Positions 1 through 14,439 of a stretch of 64,000 nt of DNA are shown piece by piece (position 1 is the stretch's first letter; each line of letters starts with the position of its first letter). Under the pieces are notes generated by a model. That model did no database searches. It was not told the DNA's origin and saw only the letters and a program-made list of their open reading frames with translations. The position numbers were made by a program, and so were the translations under genes. Source of the DNA: Marsupella aquatica (Eukaryota; Plantae; Marchantiophyta); contig OZ316893.1 of the NCBI GenBank assembly GCA_973895155.1, forward strand, positions 21,188,955 to 21,252,954, given 5' to 3'.

Positions 1-6
1 TTGCAG

Positions 7-3000
7 ATGCAATTCAGCTATACCAGCAGGACTGATCCTCACTATGTTGTCAATCGTTGGCTGGATGAAGCTTGTTTCCTATGCCCACACAAACGGCGAT
101 TCTAGAGCTCTTAGAAAGAAAGGGAATAAGGTAGTTGCTATATATTTTCAATGTGTACTTGGTTCTCCGTATGTCCGGTCGGTTGTGGTCTAGCTAGTTC
201 ATTACTGCTAGGCATGAAACGTTACGGTCGGGGCCAACCTGACAAAGTTGTGAATGAAATGAAATAAGCTGGCCGTCTCTTTTTCTATAGTGTTCACCAA
301 AGCGGGAATTTGATTTCAAGCAGGTGGACGTACCGACTGAAGCCAGCTCACTCGTTGAATATCCAGCGAACCTTACAGTATCTGATATAACTTATTTCAT
401 GGTGGCGCCCACCTTATGTTATCAAGTATGTGCTCTTCTGGCGTCTGCTACAATCTCAGGATGCTATTGATTTCGTAGACGCGTGAATACTGACAAAAGT
501 CCACCACCCAGCATGTGGATGATGATTCTAGTAGTAGGGGGCAGAAAATGCTTTGAATGTAGAACGCATCGTTGCAGTCACAGAAAGGGAAGGTTTTCAG
601 CAAGGATAGTGTATCTAGTCACTATACGAAATTCCACTATCTAGTCAGGTGTGTTCTAATGTTAGATACTTGCATTATTTCACTGTCGATATTTTGTTCA
701 GATTGGCTATCCCCGCACAAAAACTGTCCGGAAGGGTTGGGTATTACGACAGACTCTGAAGCTTCTTACGTTTACAGGACTGATGGGCTTCATTGTTGAG
801 CAGGTGTGGCCAGGACTTTAGAGATATGAACGAGTTCTCCCTGCTTTACCTTTTAAATAAATTTGAGTTTTCCATCGATCAGACTCGCAAATTTTGGCAA
901 CCATCTAGTCAGAGTTTGTTCCTGTTGTTTCTAGCTGAACCTGCAGAGCTATTGAGCTTCCGTAACGGCACAAGTTGTCTGCTTTCTTGCAGTATATCAA
1001 CCCAACTGTCCAGAACTCCACCCATCCTCTCAAAGGGAGCTATTTAAAGGCTCTAGAAAGAGTCCTGAAGCTGTCAATACCTACACTCTACGTGTGGCTG
1101 TGCTTATTTTATTGCTTCTTTCACTTGTGGTAAGTTGACACTGGCTGGTGTAAAGTTTGCGATTCTGTTCCGCGAATTATCTGACGTCCAAGTTTTCAGC
1201 AGTCATTAGCTGAAGTTGGTCTCTGCTGCAGTTTGTTGATTGGACACTGCAGTCTTTTGAATGGTCTAAGGCTCTTCATCATATTGTGCTGTCCTTCATT
1301 TGTCCTTGTATGATTGCCGACTAGGAATGTGTGAAACGAATCGTCTGTTATGTTTCAAAGTTTCAGATTTATTAGTTTACAAATCGGAAAAGGATGATCT
1401 CAGGCTGAACATTCTGGCCGAGTTACTACGCTTCGGAGATCGGGAATTTTATAAAGACTGGTGGAATGCAAAGACAGTCGAAGAGGTAGTTTGCAGGTCC
1501 CAATGTTTTGATTGGTTCACACGAGTGCTGTTATCGTAGTTTGAATTTGGTGAAGTCGGTTGTTGATTACCGAGTTGTGTTTAAGGGGGGAAAGTTTGCA
1601 ATCGTAAGTTTTGTTGGTAATCAATAGCGAAGTAGGATGTTCCTGAGCAGAACAAGTACAGGGTACTGTCAGACATATATACCATTAGTGCAAATGAGAT
1701 GTAGTAATGGAACTTGGGTCCAAGGTTCGGGACATCAGTTGGGCAGGGTACTTTCAGACGGTCCTATTCTTCGGTGTTTAATGCTTTTCGCAAAAATTTA
1801 GAACCCATTCCAGAAATAGAACTCTGTTAATGGTTGTTCTATTTCTCTTGAATGATACACTAATAGTTTTTTCCGGGGTTTTGGCATTCCCTTATTTTGA
1901 CGATCACAGTATTGGCGAATGTGGAACATGGTAAGAATTTACTGAGCATTGCAAACCTGTCCCCTTTATTGTTTCACAAGAGAGGAGGGTTGTGTCACTT
2001 TCAATTAGAACTGCGCATGAGCCTTCAGGCTATGAATATTCCGTCGCTGCAGTGGATTAGACATGAGATGGCGTTCTACAGACAGATCAGTGTCTGGGAG
2101 CAGAGTTCCTGTCAAGCTTTGATGCGATGTCTCTGCTTACACGAGTCGCGATCCCTTTTCCTTTTTCGGTTTCTCAAATCTGTCGCTGTGCAGCCTGTAC
2201 ATAGGTGGATGGTACGGCATGTATATTTTCCATGTCTTCGAGCAGGAATGCCCAAGGTAACTAACCTTTTTGTGTTGCAGCATAATCTTCGAATTTGAAG
2301 CATTGAAGGGTTTCGTAGCTAGGAAAGGTTTCAATACTTTCTGAAACTGTAGTCTCGAAGCGCTCGTTCTGTCAAAAATGTTGAATTTGGATGAACTAGC
2401 CCATCTTGTCTTCATTGGGCACTTACATCTTCGTGGAATTGTGATGGGTTCTATTGTTGCAGAATGCCGCAGTGGTTGTGGTGTTTGCCTTATCAGGTGT
2501 ATTTCATGAGGTATCTGACTGAAACAGTCCTTTCTTGACAGTAGGTATTTTCCTTAAGAAATAGGCGTGAAATGAATCTGAACAGGCCAATGGACTGGCA
2601 TTTAAAGTAACAACAGTTGAAAGAAGTTCATGAAGGAAGCCTTCTGGCCAAGGATTATTTAGCTACATGTGACACTGAAGTATACCTTGCTGCAGGCTGT
2701 CTGGATAGTTAATGCCTAGCTAAGTTGATCCTTTTGTCAGATAGAATGTGAATTTGTGGACTGTCGTTCTTCACTTGTCTTCGTTTATCTGATTATTTCG
2801 TCGTCGTATACTTCTAGGTCTGTATTGGGATCCCTTGCCATATGCTTAGGTGCTGGGCTTTCCTTGGGATCATGTTCCAGGTATGTGCACCTATCATTTT
2901 TCTTTCATACTTGTCAGAACACAAATACAAAACTTTTGGTTGTTGGTAATATTTTTGGGCCACACATAGTCTGCATCATGGAAACAGTAGCCGTATCTGA

Positions 3001-3449
3001 CATTTGTACTGGGCTGTACAGGTGCCTCTGGTCTTTCTGACAAATTATCTTCAGAGACGCTTTCACAATCTATTGGTCAGTAGCAATCCGATCTGAAATA
3101 GCTTAGATGAATGTGGCCATTCTGCCTTGTTTCAACCTTATATCTGAACTTGGAAAGGCCATCAAGATAAAAGAGCTGAAGTGAACTATTCTGACCGTTT
3201 TGATTGGGAGAACTCTCGCTTGCGCTGTCAACAGAAATGAGGTTTAGGTTTTCTTGTTATGGCCGGATCGGAAACATGTTGAGCACTCTAATTGAGTAGG
3301 ATTTTGGACGGCTTTGATGGAATGTGCAGCTTGGCAACATGGTCTTCTGGTTTTTCTTCTGCATTGTGGGACAGCCAATGTGCGTTCTACTTTACTACCA
3401 CGATGTAGTGAATCACCAGCAACAACCAGTTCCTGGAGTCCGAAGTTGA
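7..3449 (+). CDS. DGAT1: Diacylglycerol O-acyltransferase 1 (MBOAT), 3' portion; 5' exons lie outside the window
   Basis: GT-AG exons at 7-130, 324-425, 702-803, 993-1129, 1404-1485, 1910-1930, 2194-2256, 2463-2510, 2818-2880, 3022-3075 and 3330-3449 splice in frame. They give [37 protein letters not shown]...[35 protein letters not shown] and [24 protein letters not shown], with stop TGA at 3447-3449. Confidence 0.97.
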
Positions 3450-6400
3450 CGGTTCTAATGCCGAGGATAAGCCATTGTAGCACGGTAATGGCAAGGCATC
3501 GGATTACTGTATTAACATCCTTCTATCGAAATCATACTCGCATCTTTGTAGACTTCACACATTCACAGGCCTTTTGATGGTCTAGCGGCACAGTCTTCCC
3601 AGTGTCATTACAGAGTACAAATGTAGGCTACGTTTCTACTATCAAGCAACCTTTTTGTCTCTCATGTATATATGTAAACTCGTGGAGCTCCCCGTCCCCT
3701 GCGAGTTTTGCTGCTGAGACCTAGCAAAGCTTGGTTCCATTGATGTTGATTTGGTGAAACTCTCGTACCAGCCGGCTATTGGAAACAAAACAGGAGTGCA
3801 TCAATCAGGTTTCGGAGCTTTGAGTCCAATAGTAGTTTATCGATGCACAAGTGACAAACCCAAGGTTTTGCCTTAGGCTTAGCTGAAGTCAAAAAGTGGC
3901 TTTGATCAGAAGATCAGAAAAAATTGGTGTACATTTCATGTGACGGAAGAGTATTCCTGGGTCATCCAGAAAATTTATCAAGCTTTCTATGAGTCTCGAT
4001 AATGTAAGATTTGCCCTGGGATGGGCATGTAGTGGACACGACGTAGCAGAAGCGATTCTATCAGAGAACCCTAATGCAAATACAGCTTGTAACAAAACTT
4101 GGGCAAAAGTTGTATCTCTTGGTGTGCAAATTTGTAGTCACCCAAGGCAAGTCATCACCAATCTCTCTCAGCGGAAATGTAGAAGTTGTGGTCATTTTCC
4201 CTTCACTCTCGGGTTTCCTTAATCTCAATGCATTGCGGCATCTCAAGGGACAACATCTGCTGCACAATGGTACCCTTGCCAGAAATTGACGGTTTTAGCT
4301 GGGTCACCTGTGGCTGGGAGAGAGAAGATCGCTGGCTAACATTGTGATTGTAAGTCACCGGCCGACATGTCGTGAAGTAAAACGAAATTGGTCAAAAGAG
4401 CATGAATCCTAGAGAAGGCTAAAACCATAATAGTAAAAGAGAGCATGCAGCGAAAACAATACCAAGTATCGTTTTCACTACTATGAACATGTTAGCCATG
4501 GGGAGTATCACCGCACGACGGAAAAGTAATCAGAGATGTGATGAATCAGACTGACACCTTTGCATATGCAATGAGCACTTCTATCTCCTCACCTGCGAGT
4601 GCACTCGAGCACTCCCTCGATAGTTCATTAAATAGGGGTTGATTCTGAGGCAAGGTGAGGTTGTGGCCGTTCACCTTAGCACTCCAATAATACACTGTTA
4701 ATAAAAATTCTGGAAAGTGCTGCAATACATCATTAGAGTAGGATTGGCGCACTCAAGAGGCATGTGACTTGATGCACGAGATGAGATGGTACGATTTTGG
4801 GAATACCTGGTGGTTCATGCCTTCGAACTGCTACCCGCGGTGTTGTACTCTAGACTGGTTATTCCACACTCCTTTCAGATGAATGCATTCCTGGTGGTGT
4901 TGAAAAGGATCGATACTCATAAATGCATTACTCATAAATGCTGAAAAGAATTGGCATTCATGAACGATCTTAGAAAGATCTTTCTAATGATTAGACTCCG
5001 TTCCATTCAATCAGCTGAGGGATACTCAATACTCCATTCATTTCTTCATTTGGTGGAATTACCAGTAGATAAGGGCAGTGAATCCTGAAACCTGTGGCAA
5101 TAAGGTATTGCACGTGGATGATGGAGTTCTCACAGCGGAGCCATGAGTCACGGTAAAGAGTCATTGTTTTATGTTTTCTACACCGACTTAAGTAAACAGT
5201 GCACTTACACTGGTATTTATTTCCGGTTTCCTTTAAATGACACTAATTGGAGATGCTAATAATCACCTGTTTGTTTTTGTTTCTTTGTGGGAAAAGGTAT
5301 TATGTATCTCACTGTTAAAAAAACAGAAGGTGTCGAACGGAGAAGCATCATACCTAATCATCACCTGTTTGTTTTGTTTCTTTGGGGGAAAAGGTATTAT
5401 ACACCTATGTGCCAGAAAAACAAATGATACCAAAGGCAGGTGACCTACCAAGGAGTTATTTTTTTGATAGACCCCCAAACCCAACTTTTCTCCTTAAAAC
5501 ACCACTGGACATATAAAGGAGGAGTGTCCAAAATTTCTCCCTTTTTCCTATTTCTCTCCTTTACCCTGAGTTTTGCTCCTCAATTTCAGGAAAAATTATT
5601 AAAAATGGGGAAATGCGTGGAACCATATTCTTGTCATGGCTAGTGGCTCTTTAACAATCCCATGATATTTTGGGGTAAGTCAATGTAAGGTCTATCCAGG
5701 GCTATCAATGGTCTGTATCACTCACGGGTCCCATCAAGTACAAATTTTCATTTTGGGCGTTCATGAAGCATATAACTCTCCAATAAAGGCAACAAACCCC
5801 GATCAAAATTAGCACCTTGCCAGCAGCCACTAGTCTTGAAGAGGGAAAATCCATCAACATTAACCTTGTTTTCAAAGTTCCTTGAAAGACTTAAACTGAC
5901 GATATCAGCACATGCGTTAACCACATAAATGGGTTGAATTAAAAGTGTTTTTCAAAATGACAGGTGCCTCAGCAGAAATCATCGACCCCTCCTCTCTTCT
6001 TTCTCCTTCTCCTGTTTCCACTCACATTGAGGTTACCCCTTCACTCGGATTTTTTGCAAGTTCAAGCTTGCAAGGCTAAAACATTTTAAGCCCTGAGTAA
6101 CCCTTGTCATGTTGTGACAGCACTTGACGGACAAGTAGGAATGTCATGTTTTGGCTATGGTACACATTGGGGCAAAACATTGCACAAAATGTTATTACTA
6201 CATTTACGCAAAACTTAAATAATCAAATTTGCAAGTCAGCATGTGCAAACTTGAGTTGGGATGAGGAGAGTGTCCCAAACCTAGCTCAAGGGCCCCACTG
6301 GACGGGGAGTCTTATATGATGAATGACATTTGTGGTTGATAAACACCCTAAACATACCAAAAAAACAAATTAACTGTACCCTTTTAGACCAAAAACCTAG

Positions 6401-6508
6401 GCTTTCGATGTAATTCTCTAAACTAGATTAATAGCCTTAATGTTCATCCACCAAAATGTATAACTTTTCTATGAAGCTCAATAAAAAAAGCCATATACAT
6501 ATTTGCAA

Positions 6509-6663
6509 GTGATGGGTAGGAAGAAGAATTAGTGAGGACTAAGAAAACCCAGCTACACAAGAGTTAACATCAAACCTGAAAAGCATGTGATGGGTAGGAC
6601 GAAAAACAAGTGAGGACCCCAAGAAATCCAGCGTCACAAGACTTAACATCAAACGTGAAAAGC
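6509..6663. repeat. Two-copy tandem duplication, period 78 bp
   Basis: GTGATGGGTAGGA...TTAACATCAAAC.TGAAAAGC starts at 6509 and again at 6587. Confidence 0.85.
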
Positions 6664-9451
6664 TGACAACAAAGGGGCCAAAAGCTGAAATAGAGGCAGG
6701 TTTCACATTCAAGAACAAAGTGCAGCAAATCTAAACATGGTACTATGACACCTCAACAGTCTAGCACATGAGAGCATCTCCAACCCTCAATGAATAGCCT
6801 TCATGTTGACCGAACCCAGTAACAAAACTTGAAAAGTCATGTCCAACCAATTCGCTGTAAGCTATTGGATATTCCAGCACTGGGTTCTGGATTATTGGAT
6901 TTGTATTTGGAAGACAATTATGTAAGTTTGATTTTCTACTAGGTTCATTGCTCGGTTTTTGAATTTCTAATCTATGGCCGTGTGGAGCAAGCTCTGTGAC
7001 CTACCCTTACCCCCCTTTTGCAGACCCGTTACCTTGAAAACCACCAACTGTATTATGAGCACACTCAGTTCAACTTTCTCTTGCTGAACAAAATTTATCA
7101 TTACTGGAGGTGCATGTCAGTATTTGGAAACGGCAGGGAAAACTGGAGTTTGGGAAGAGAAGATGTCCAGGACCACAAGAGTCAACTTTGATCAGTTGGT
7201 CTCTACCCTTATGACCCCACTTATAAATCTGAGCTCTTCTTGTGGAGTACTGAAGTCCCGAACAATATACTCTCATGGATTGAATCAAGACCTCTGGCAT
7301 TAGATACAAAAGTGGGCAATTCCCATTCAGAAAGCACATTGCATCATGGCAAAGCTATGTGCTCTCTATTGGGGTTGTCCATGTTCCTTATATATATGAC
7401 TTGTGAATTTGGGGAAGACTTATTTATTGTAAATCCAAATAAGTATAACTCGTGTACTCGTTAAGGTTTCTTGGTTTAATTGACTTGGCCTCATATTAAG
7501 TCTTCCCCAAAGTAGATAAGTTTGGGGACCATGACAGTTGTTATTATAGATCACGAACTACCTCGTCGTCGAACGACAAGTAGGTGTTCTTAGCATGCCA
7601 ATGTGCTACCTACTTGGGATGCCTTAATCACCATTTGCTTTGACAACGATTTGATAGGAGCTTGGGATGCTACTGCTGTTGTACACCTCAAACTGCTTTG
7701 TCAATGACATACATGTCCTTGGCAATGTAATGTGGTACATGAATGGGATCTTCGTTTTGGCTTGACAATCTACTTGTGACTGCAAATTGCTGGATGTTAT
7801 GATTGTAGTTGTGCAATAGGCAATTTGTGATACAATGGTGATACAATAGTACACTTGTGGTACAGACAACAGTTATACAAAAGGACCTTTGCTTCATAGT
7901 CTTCAACGTCAACAGCACCCTGAGATTGAAGGGGGGACTACCTGATCACGTCCTTCACAAGAGGACTTGGGTTCCACCATGAAGTAAGCTCTATCAAATA
8001 TCTTAATGTTGGCTCGGTGATTCGAATGTCTGAGCTTGGATTGTTACTATTTTCCACTTGCGTGCTATCAAACCAGCTACGGGTTGTGAGAAATTTGCAA
8101 AGTTACTTGTATTGTGACGGCTACTTCAACTTCACAGTAGGGATTGTTTCAAAGAGTTTTGGATCCCATGCTACTGTGTTTTCTAAAAGATAAGTTTAAT
8201 AGTTGAGTAAGAGGTGGAAGATATTACTTATTTGTTGTGCAAGTAGCTTGAACATGAACTGTCTGAGGAGAACATATAAAGAAGACCCCAAGGCATAAAT
8301 TTATACATTTTTTCTACAAATTCTCTCTCTACATTTTCCCACTTTACTGTCATAGATTCGCCTCTCAGGTCCATCCCTACAGTTGGGAAAATTTTTATAC
8401 CATCAGTGCATGACAATGTTAGGGTCCTATGGAACCTAGACTGAACCCGCAGTGTACCTACCAATAGAACCCAGAAATCAGGTCGCTGCAGTTGAATCAC
8501 CACCAAATACCATAATCAGCATTCCTAACAAGGGTGGACGGGGTGGTACACTCAAGTGGTTGTTTTGCTTGGGTCTGGTTTTTCCTGTTTCTTTCAAAGC
8601 ATAAATCACTCCCAACACCAGATGTGAAAAAGAGAAATGCCCTCTCCCAAATGGAAGAAGCAATCCAAACTATGATAGAAGGACGGAAGAAATAATGGTA
8701 GAGAAATAATTTGGCTTCCCCCCAAAAGGTGAAAAAAATGCAGGCTTAGTGTATCCCTGATGAGATTGCTGCCATGAATGACCGTTGGCTTTAAAAACGA
8801 ATATAAGTTTTGATACTAAAGTGGAAGGAACTGGGGAGTTGCCTTCTTTGTTTCACACAAGAGCATGAGGTCATTGTCTTAATATTAAGTATTTTTCTAA
8901 AGGCATTCTGCCTTTTTCATACAAATTTTGTGTTTGGGAGGCCAACTAAATATTTCTCTATGCCAATTTCCCCAAACTCTTCCAACTAAAGCATGAAAAT
9001 GTGTTTTCTCATTTAAAATAAAATTCACCATATACACAACGCAAAGAATTGAAGCCCGGATGGAACAAGCCCACGAATAATGCAATCCTCCATGTACCAT
9101 GACACTCTTTTACACTTTCACTTGTTGATGCCCTTCTTATTTGTTCAAAAATGTTTTGAAATGAAATTTGATCATCACTATCTCCCATTATGTCCAAGAG
9201 AATTGGAAGTTGTTCTGCTTGTTAGAAGAGGTTTGGAAACATCAATCCAATGAGTCTCATAGAGTTTTCATGAAGAATTGAGAGAGCTATGATTTTGTAA
9301 AGATTACTTGGGCAACCTGCTGTTCAGACTTTGTGCTCCCAAATGTTTTCGAGCAGCTAACTGCTACACTCAATATCTCCCTCTACATCCAATGGAATAA
9401 ACTGTTTATGGGTTTATTACAAAAGTTTGGAACAACAATTCCAACAACTTA

Positions 9452-9799
9452 GGGCCACTTTACAAGACGGGCGCGAGAATTTGAGTGCTTTCTACCAGGG
9501 CTGTAACAGAGCCCGACTTTTTGTGTACGGTAGGACTCTATACCAGACCAAGGCACGAATGATGATAAAATCATAGGAGAAAGTGGCCTGCCCATTCTTG
9601 CACCTCCGGAGGTGCGATAGTCTAGCGCCCGGATGAGAGTCCATACCAGAATGCAAGTTCGGTCCTTGCCCGCAGCTCAACTTGCCATGCCAGTCTTCTA
9701 AAGCAAGGAGTGCCTGGGTAGGCTGAAACAACGGTTGTTATTGATTCGATCCTGAAAAAAGAGGGACTAAATTACTGAGCCCGTCTTGTAAAGTGGCCC
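9452..9799. mobile_element. PIF/Harbinger (Tourist-like) MITE, 348 bp
   Basis: Perfect 21-bp TIR GGGCCACTTTACAAGACGGGC (9452-9472 / 9779-9799), with TTA target duplication at 9449-9451 and 9800-9802. Confidence 0.93.
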
Positions 9800-12391
9800 T
9801 TAATGTTGTCAATTTTCATGGAAATTGAGAGACCTAGTTTCCAAAGATGATAGTCTTACTTTCATTGAAAGAAATCACACATCGGGTCAATATGTACCAT
9901 ACTAGCGGGAAAGAGTGTTGCTACAATCCAAATGGGCTGAAAAAGTCTATCCAAGTGTTTTGGCAAACGTGGAGGTCCATTGGGGCTGCCACTTCTTTTA
10001 AAAGGCTGTTTTCTAAGAGAATGAAAAATTTGTCTTGAATTTTTTTAGAAAGGTTGGTTTTGTTTCTTTCTTGAAAGTTTGTCTGTCACCGGAATTGCGG
10101 GCAGACGATGACTCTTTTGGGGTGTAGAGTAAAAGAAAGTTAAAAACGAGTTCATCTGTCAGTTCGTAATAATATCGTCGCCGTCGATCCAGTCCTTTGA
10201 CGGTATCGCATAAAAGCCTTTAATCACGCTCTCATTGGTCAGAACTATAAGGTACTATTCTCTCCACCTGTACGGAACAGCAACGATAATACCTTTTTCT
10301 TGTCCGAGGTGGTGCCCGAACTGGCACCTGTTTGCTTTACAATTTGGAACGAATGGAACAATACTTTTCTCTTGTCCGGGGTGGGTGCCCTGACGGGCAC
10401 CTGCAAGAAGAGCCAAAAAGCTACTTTTTCTCCGTGACTGTTACACACACCAGGCGGTATTTGCCAAAGCTGGCATTTAATAGTCGATCGCGAGTCCCCA
10501 GAATTCAAGGACCGTCTCTTCGTTTCCTCCCTTTTGAAATTAAATGCTCCTCTCAACGAGGAAAACGCAGCGCTCTACATAGCAGTCGAAGCCCAAAAAT
10601 GCCATCTGCCAGAATAGGCTGAAATGAGTGCCTCCATCCTGTCATTGGCGAACTCTGACAGAATCTGGGGATGATTTCATTAATCTGGATACAGGCACCG
10701 AACGGGCCATGCAACTTTATTGCAAACTCATCGGCCCTGCTGATAGGGGGCGCAAAGCAACTGGGCGGGCAGGGCAGCTCACTAGGCACAGACACCTCGG
10801 GCAGCGTTCTCTAGTGCCTCTACTGCAAAGTTAGAACCTTAATAATTATCACTAGCGCAGCTCACGATCAAATGATGTTTGTCTTATTATGGTGCGCTGG
10901 GTCGAACGCATGACTCGACTGCCTGTCAACTCTCTGTACTCCCCCCCCCCGTACCCTCGTATCTGGAGAGCGACGGGTAAATTCCATTTCAACACTGACG
11001 TGGGGGACGGGAGGACGGGACACACGGGAGTACGCACGGAAGGACGGAGGGAAGGACAGAAACGGCGACGTGAGCGCGACCACGACGGACGTCGAACCCC
11101 GGACTTGCTATACGCAGCACCGTACACTGCCGTCGCAGCGGAGACCTGCGATGACTTTGGTCCGTCGCAGTCCGCCAACGAAGCAACTTCATGTCCTTCA
11201 ACTGCACCTGAACTACCATATCTAGATCTCACGTTAAATCCAGCCAATCCGCAACACACCCAGGAGCCATCAATCCCGCTCACCACTCACTCAACACTCC
11301 AATTCGTCTACTAGTGTGAAGTTGTCCTTCTCCTTTACTGTACTCCAATTCGCTCGTTTATAGTGAAGTTGATTGCCCTTCTCCTTTACTGTGCTGTACT
11401 GGACTGTACTCGGACTACTCGCATCCAGCCATCCAGGACCCTCTGCCCGCAAACTCCCCCACCGGCACCTGCTGTGAGCCGCCGGTACACAGTCACCTTC
11501 TTCCCACTTGGTTCTCTATTTGCGGAGCACGACAAAGGTTTCCCCGCCTACAACCGGTAGACAATGTTAAGCGGCCCGCCTGCAACCGGTACACAGAAGC
11601 AGCGTATCCCGCACCCCAACTCCCCAAGTCCCGTCCTCGGAAGTTGGTACCGCAGGAAAAACGAGGCAGACGGCAGACTTCATTGCAGGAGCAGCGGCAG
11701 GATGAGCAGAGCGGCGAAACGTATTCTCATGATTCATGTCCGGAGGGAGGCCGAAATGCAACAATGCATACGGGATTACGGGAGTTTGGCCACGTAGGGA
11801 ACTCAGGGGCCATGAGTACGTCGGGATAACTTACTGACGAAAGGAGCCTGTAAAGCACATGCAGATGAATGACACCAAATCGTGCTGTCAGAATGTCTGA
11901 ACACCAACTGATGGGTGATAGATCGATCTCACCGGTCACCACTCAGAACTTCGCCATTCCCAAAACATCCCCAGACGGTATGGAGTGACATTCCTCGCCA
12001 GACACAAAGAAAAAGGTTACGACCACGGGCAGGACAACCCCACAAACCCACAAAGATCCGTGATCTGCAGCGGTTTCATGGAAAAGGTCGCATTAACGCA
12101 AGTTTCCGTTACGTGGGTGTGTAGAAATTTGGGTACCAGTTCCCAATTGTACTATTCTCAGTATCGAAGGGCCGGCGGTGGACCGTTAAAATGGTCGCCA
12201 GGGCATACTTCGTCCCGGCAAACACCGGTCTGCAAGTGTGGGTCTCACCGAGTCACCAACTTTGATCATAGGTTTCTACCCGGCGGCAAAACAGTGCCGA
12301 CGCGGTGTATCGTTCGACATTCACTCTAGTGGCACTCAACGTTGAGTAGGGTAACTCGTCCCCACAGTCATACGTTGTAGGATGAGGCTAA

Positions 12392-12751
12392 GGGCCGTCT
12401 TGCATGTACAAGGTCTTTTGGTTTCCGGCCCTGAAATGAACCCGTGGCCTTTTTTTAATCAAGCGACAGTTCAGCAGTCTTGACGCCATGTTTGGTGGAG
12501 TTGCAAGGGCAAGGGCCGGAAAATTTTCGGCCATTGAGGTCCCCAACCTTCGAATCATAATAAAACAAAATGGTAGACATAACACGTCGTCTTCGACCCA
12601 GACTTCTGGACATTTTTCCCCCCAGACTTCTGGACGTTTTTCCCGTGTATCTGCTCCCCACTCCTGGTAGATTTGGTTTGCACTTTTTCCCGACATTTGT
12701 GGGCTGGTAAGGGCCGCTTTTTTTAGGACTCTTGCACATGCAAGACAGCCC
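12392..12751. mobile_element. PIF/Harbinger (Tourist-like) MITE, 360 bp
   Basis: TIR GGGCCGTCTTGCATGTACAAG versus reverse-complemented right end GGGCTGTCTTGCATGTGCAAG (19/21). TAA TSD at 12389-12391 and 12752-12754. Internal CCCAGACTTCTGGAC repeats. Confidence 0.9.
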
Positions 12752-12764
12752 TAATTGCCCTCGG

Positions 12765-12912
12765 GAGTAAATGGATAAAGCTTAATTCACAAAGTGGTTT
12801 AGAATTTTTTTTCATAATCTTGGGGACATAATAGGCCCCCAAGAGTAAATGGATAAAGCTTAATTTACAAAGTGGTTTACTGGAAATTTTCATAATCTTG
12901 GGGACATAATAG
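12765..12912. repeat. Two-copy tandem duplication, period 78 bp
   Basis: GAGTAAATGGATAAAGCTTAATT...TTCATAATCTTGGGGACATAATAG at 12765 and 12843. Confidence 0.9.
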
Positions 12913-13911
12913 AGTTTTCTGAAAACAAGAAGGATGAGGTCGAAGACCAGTAACCTCTTGAGCCAGAAAAGGGAGGTACCACAACAAGAGAACTTCAACA
13001 TGTAAAGGCTCTGATGGAGATGGTGTGATCCAAGAACTATACTCTGCAATTGAGATGAAGGTGAGCCCTCCATTGTTCAATAGTCCCATGAGGCTCAGCC
13101 CATGAGTGTTACTTAACTCATGCTGACTTAACCCACTTTAGGAGGACAGAAAGGACTGTCATCATCTATTTCATGTCTGAGTATTTCACAAGGCAGCGAT
13201 CCTATCTCACCCTATATTTGGTAAGTTAACTGAGAACTGACCTCCTGGTGGGACAATTAGGGAGAACTCTAAAATGGCTAGGCTGTTAGTACAGGCTTCC
13301 ACCAAGGTTATGGGTGAAATTTTTCCATAATATACAAAGGAAAAAACAGACGGGTGAGCCTCGCATCCTAAAAGCCCGGCTCGGAAAGGTAGTACGAGGC
13401 CTGACCCAAAATGCATTTGTTACAAAAGGCTGAACTGCTCGTATCAATCGAGTCAGACTATACTAACAAGTTCAATGGGTATGGCTATCCCAGCAGTTGA
13501 AGTCAAAGTTTTGGAGGTCTTTCAAAAAGCAACCACGGGGCATTCCTTGCTGGGTTTTGCTGCCGGGGTGGGGACTGCCCTTGTACATGCGACCTGTATG
13601 CCTCCCTGCAGGCCCCTAGTTACATCCTCGCCTCCCATACCCGCCCCATGCAACCCCCAGTGGAAACCTGCCACCTGCCACCTGCCCCTCGGCCTCCCCT
13701 AGTCCCCTAAGTCTGATGCATCTGACGAACGTACTCTGTGGAACTCCTCATTCAGCACAGTCCCCAAGGCACCCACATACCCTGTCCCTAGCCTCCTCCT
13801 ACATATGTCAACCTTCATTCGCACCTGTGGCACTCCCGCGTTAAGCCACATTCAAGTATACATACCATGTGTATGCAATTTATACCCTAAACCACATAAT
13901 CCACCCCCCTT

Positions 13912-13932
13912 CCCCCCCCCCCCCCCCCCCCC
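13912..13932. repeat. Poly-C homopolymer (21 nt)
   Basis: Read directly. Confidence 0.95.
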
Positions 13933-14439
13933 ACCCAAATGTCAACCAGATCCGTAGGTGGTGGTCCCATGAGATTTCGTGAGCAACAGTTCAAATAATA
14001 GGAATAGATACAGGGGAAAATACCTCACATACGGGAGACAGGTGAGTGGAATGCACAAAAAATTAATTTTCATTGTCGATGGTTTCTTTCTGGACAAAAA
14101 GCGGCTGGCTGGCTCCAGGAAAAATTCCTTTGCATATTCTTTGCGAACATGTCTCTTCATACATTATATAGTTGCCAATTGATAACCTTTGCAAAAGAAG
14201 CTACTGGGCACATGGAAGAATCTATCACTGCCGTTACCTTCTTGGGGAGACAGGTGAGGCATTTTGTCTTAGTGAGAATTTGGTCATGTATTATTGTTTT
14301 ACTCTTTCTTCGATAAGGTTCATCTTTAGCATTATTGGACTTTGGAATTATTTTCCCTCCCTGATGCCTTTAACTTATTTCTCCTAGACTCTCCTATATA
14401 TTTATTTCTCACTCTTGGCCATCCATTATTATAGTATGA

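Noticed and set aside
11100-11190. miRNA hairpin or tRNA B-box in the CpG island
   Set aside because: There is only a ~9-bp stem, with no extended duplex or cloverleaf.
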